Origin: a virus
Lineage: Duplodnaviria > Heunggongvirae > Uroviricota > Caudoviricetes
Virus record (IMG/VR): IMGVR_UViG_2541047705_000005
Direction: 5' to 3' (one strand)
Length of the DNA: 17,849 nucleotides
Position 1 is the stretch's first letter. Each line of letters starts with the position of its first letter. The notes beneath the pieces were generated by a model. The model searched no databases and had not been told where the DNA came from. It saw nothing but the letters and a program-made list of their open reading frames with translations. Below are positions 15,978-17,849 of the stretch, piece after piece. A program made the position numbers and the translations under genes.

Positions 15978-17086
15978 ATGACGTAACTAAATTGCTATCT
16001 CAGATAGATGAAAAAAGAGATGAGGTAGTAACTGATTCTTATACCATATCATGGCGTGAAGTAATTAATCTATATAAAGAAAATGAGATAACCATTTCTC
16101 CAGACTACCAAAGGCTTTTTCGTTGGGATAACGCAAGACAAAGCCAATTTATCGAGTCATTACTTTTAAATATACCTACGCCAACACTTTTTTTCTACAT
16201 TGATAATAATGGTAAGCAGGAGGTTATCGATGGATTGCAACGTGTGAGTACTATAATTAGATTTTTTTCAGAGGATATTTTTAATAAGGAAGAAATAGAT
16301 AATGCAAAGAAACAAAACTCTGTAAATGATGTCCGTAATCCAACTGTTCTTGATGATGTGCCTATAATTACAGAATTAAATGGATGGACTGCAAAAGGAT
16401 TGCCGGACAAAGTTAGCCGAACTATAAAAAATGCGCGAGTAAATGTTGTTATTTTGGAGCAAGAAACAAAACCTGAAACTAAATATAATGTTTTTAAACG
16501 ACTGAATAGGTCTGGTGTTCGTTTGAGTGACCAGGAAATACGTAATTGCATGGCTAGATTAGCAGGGAATGAATTTGCAGATCGCTTACGTAAGATGGCC
16601 GAAATTGATGGTATTGTTCAAGCTCTTGGAATAAATGAAGATGGCCAAAAATCTCAAGGTGTTGAGGAAGCTTTGCTACGAGTTATGGCATCTTTGACTT
16701 ATGCGGATAAATTTAGCCATAGTGTAACTGACTTTTTGGATGAATTTATGTTCTACGCGGCAGAACATAATGTTATTGATATTAATTTTGAATTAAAAAT
16801 AAAAAGAACTTTTGATTTGATAAATATTGCTGGTTTATCTGGTAAAGCATTTAAATTTAGAAAGGATGGTGCTCCAAGTGGCCCGTTTAGTACTAATTTA
16901 TTAGATGTTGTTGCTGTTGGTATTTTTAGTAATGTAGATAATTTAACACCTGCTGAGGTGGCGAAAAGATTTGATTATTTAATGGATGGTGAGATCAAAG
17001 AATTAAGAGCTTGTACTGGTTCTGGATCTAATACTAAAGCCAAATTAGAGAAAAGAATCGCTCTTGGGAAGAAGGTGTTTGGATAA
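15974..17086 (+). CDS. DUF262 (ParB/Srx-like NTPase domain) protein, stand-alone (no DUF1524/HNH domain evident)
   Basis: 370 aa; N-terminal signature PDYQRLFRW...IESLLLNIPTPTLFF...VIDGLQRVSTII (DGQQR-type motif, 16229-16243); AAGGA RBS; translationally coupled to the methyltransferase. Confidence 0.8.
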   Translation: MNDVTKLLSQIDEKRDEVVTDSYTISWREVINLYKENEITISPDYQRLFRWDNARQSQFIESLLLNIPTPTLFFYIDNNGKQEVIDGLQRVSTIIRFFSEDIFNKEEIDNAKKQNSVNDVRNPTVLDDVPIITELNGWTAKGLPDKVSRTIKNARVNVVILEQETKPETKYNVFKRLNRSGVRLSDQEIRNCMARLAGNEFADRLRKMAEIDGIVQALGINEDGQKSQGVEEALLRVMASLTYADKFSHSVTDFLDEFMFYAAEHNVIDINFELKIKRTFDLINIAGLSGKAFKFRKDGAPSGPFSTNLLDVVAVGIFSNVDNLTPAEVAKRFDYLMDGEIKELRACTGSGSNTKAKLEKRIALGKKVFG

Positions 17087-17087
17087 A

Positions 17088-17849
17088 ATGAGAATATCAG
17101 ATTTCGATGATTTCAAGGTGATGTTGGAAAAGACGAAAAATGAAAGTCTTGGATTCCTTGAGAGCATAAAGTCTATTAATGAGTTTATGTCGAGATCAGG
17201 TGATAAAGACAAGGAGGATATGTTTAGAATAATATCGGTCCCAATGATTTATTCTTCTTGGGAGGGTTTTTTTACTGAAACAATGTCAGTTTGCTTAAAT
17301 ACATTGAAACTCTCAGATAGAGAAGCATTTAGATACTCTGCAGAAATTCGAGCACTTTGGTTGCAACGAGAACCATTTTATAGCAAGTATGTAGATATGA
17401 TAAAAAATATTTATGATGCTGACTCACACCGAAGCATTGTCCATAATGGCGCCCAAATAAAAAAGAAAGTTACGAAGGGGGCGTTTAAACTAACAAGTGA
17501 GGTAATTCAACACATTGACAGGTTTAATAAATCCACATTATCAGATTGCGATGTTTCTGAATTAGTTATGACATTTTCCAATGTGAATGAAATGGTTGTC
17601 AAGGTGAATTTCGATGCTATAGGTTTGGATTATTCATTACTTGATTTATCGCAACTAGGTGAGGTTGTTGGCCTTAGAAATTCTTTGGGACATGGGGAGT
17701 TTAAAAGTAGTGTTAACCCTAGGAAATTTAATTCAATAATTGTGTATGTGGAAAATCTGATCATCGATTTGAATCAATGTGCTATAACGTGGTTGGATAA
17801 ATTAGAAGATGAAATAACTAAGCCTGAAGATAATGAGACTATTCAGTGA
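17088..17849 (+). CDS. Predicted all-alpha protein with C-terminal Rx4H motif (LRNSLGHGEF); putative HEPN-domain RNase effector
   Basis: Track ORF 17064..17849 uses a TTG; I prefer the ATG at 17088, 10 nt after GAAGGTG. R-N-S-L-G-H at 17676-17693 fits the HEPN Rx4-6H motif; stop TGA is the last codon of the window. The HEPN call rests on motif and composition only. Confidence 0.5.
   Translation: MRISDFDDFKVMLEKTKNESLGFLESIKSINEFMSRSGDKDKEDMFRIISVPMIYSSWEGFFTETMSVCLNTLKLSDREAFRYSAEIRALWLQREPFYSKYVDMIKNIYDADSHRSIVHNGAQIKKKVTKGAFKLTSEVIQHIDRFNKSTLSDCDVSELVMTFSNVNEMVVKVNFDAIGLDYSLLDLSQLGEVVGLRNSLGHGEFKSSVNPRKFNSIIVYVENLIIDLNQCAITWLDKLEDEITKPEDNETIQ

Larger units (their letters stand above)
1445..17849. 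mobile_element. P4-like-integrase phage satellite / PICI-type genomic island integrated at the 3' end of thrW (left junction in window, right end truncated by window)
   Basis: Integrase directly downstream of the tRNA; alpA, antirepressor, primase/helicase-like gene, iteron arrays, TerS-like HTH protein and terminal AT-rich cargo, all co-oriented away from the tRNA. No copy of the tRNA 3' end was seen downstream by eye, so attR is presumably beyond 17849. Confidence 0.75.

Noticed and set aside
16195-16551. Minus-strand 118-aa ORF
   Set aside because: Antisense within the DUF262 gene, which carries a clear domain signature on the plus strand.

Overview
The window opens with a complete proA and the tRNA-Thr gene thrW, followed directly by a P4-like integrase. 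Everything from about 1.45 kb to the window end reads as one integrated phage-satellite / PICI-type island at thrW, with its right end (attR) outside the window. The island core (GC-balanced) carries int, a 267-aa coiled-coil ORF, alpA, an AntA-like antirepressor, a probable RHH regulator facing a perfect inverted-repeat operator, a seven-gene translationally coupled operon ending in a P4-family primase/helicase-like protein, an iteron array (putative ori), a FinO/ProQ-domain protein, a PerC-like regulator, lipoprotein and membrane cargo, and a Nu1/TerS-like HTH protein beside a GTGTCAA repeat array. The last 3.1 kb is visibly AT-rich and encodes three overlapping genes: a DNA methyltransferase, a DUF262 (ParB-like) protein and an all-alpha protein with a C-terminal Rx4H HEPN-like motif. 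I could not match this triad to any named defence system from memory and consider it the best candidate for an undescribed modification-linked defence/abortive-infection module. All calls are from reading the sequence and ORF track by eye; no searches or computations were run.
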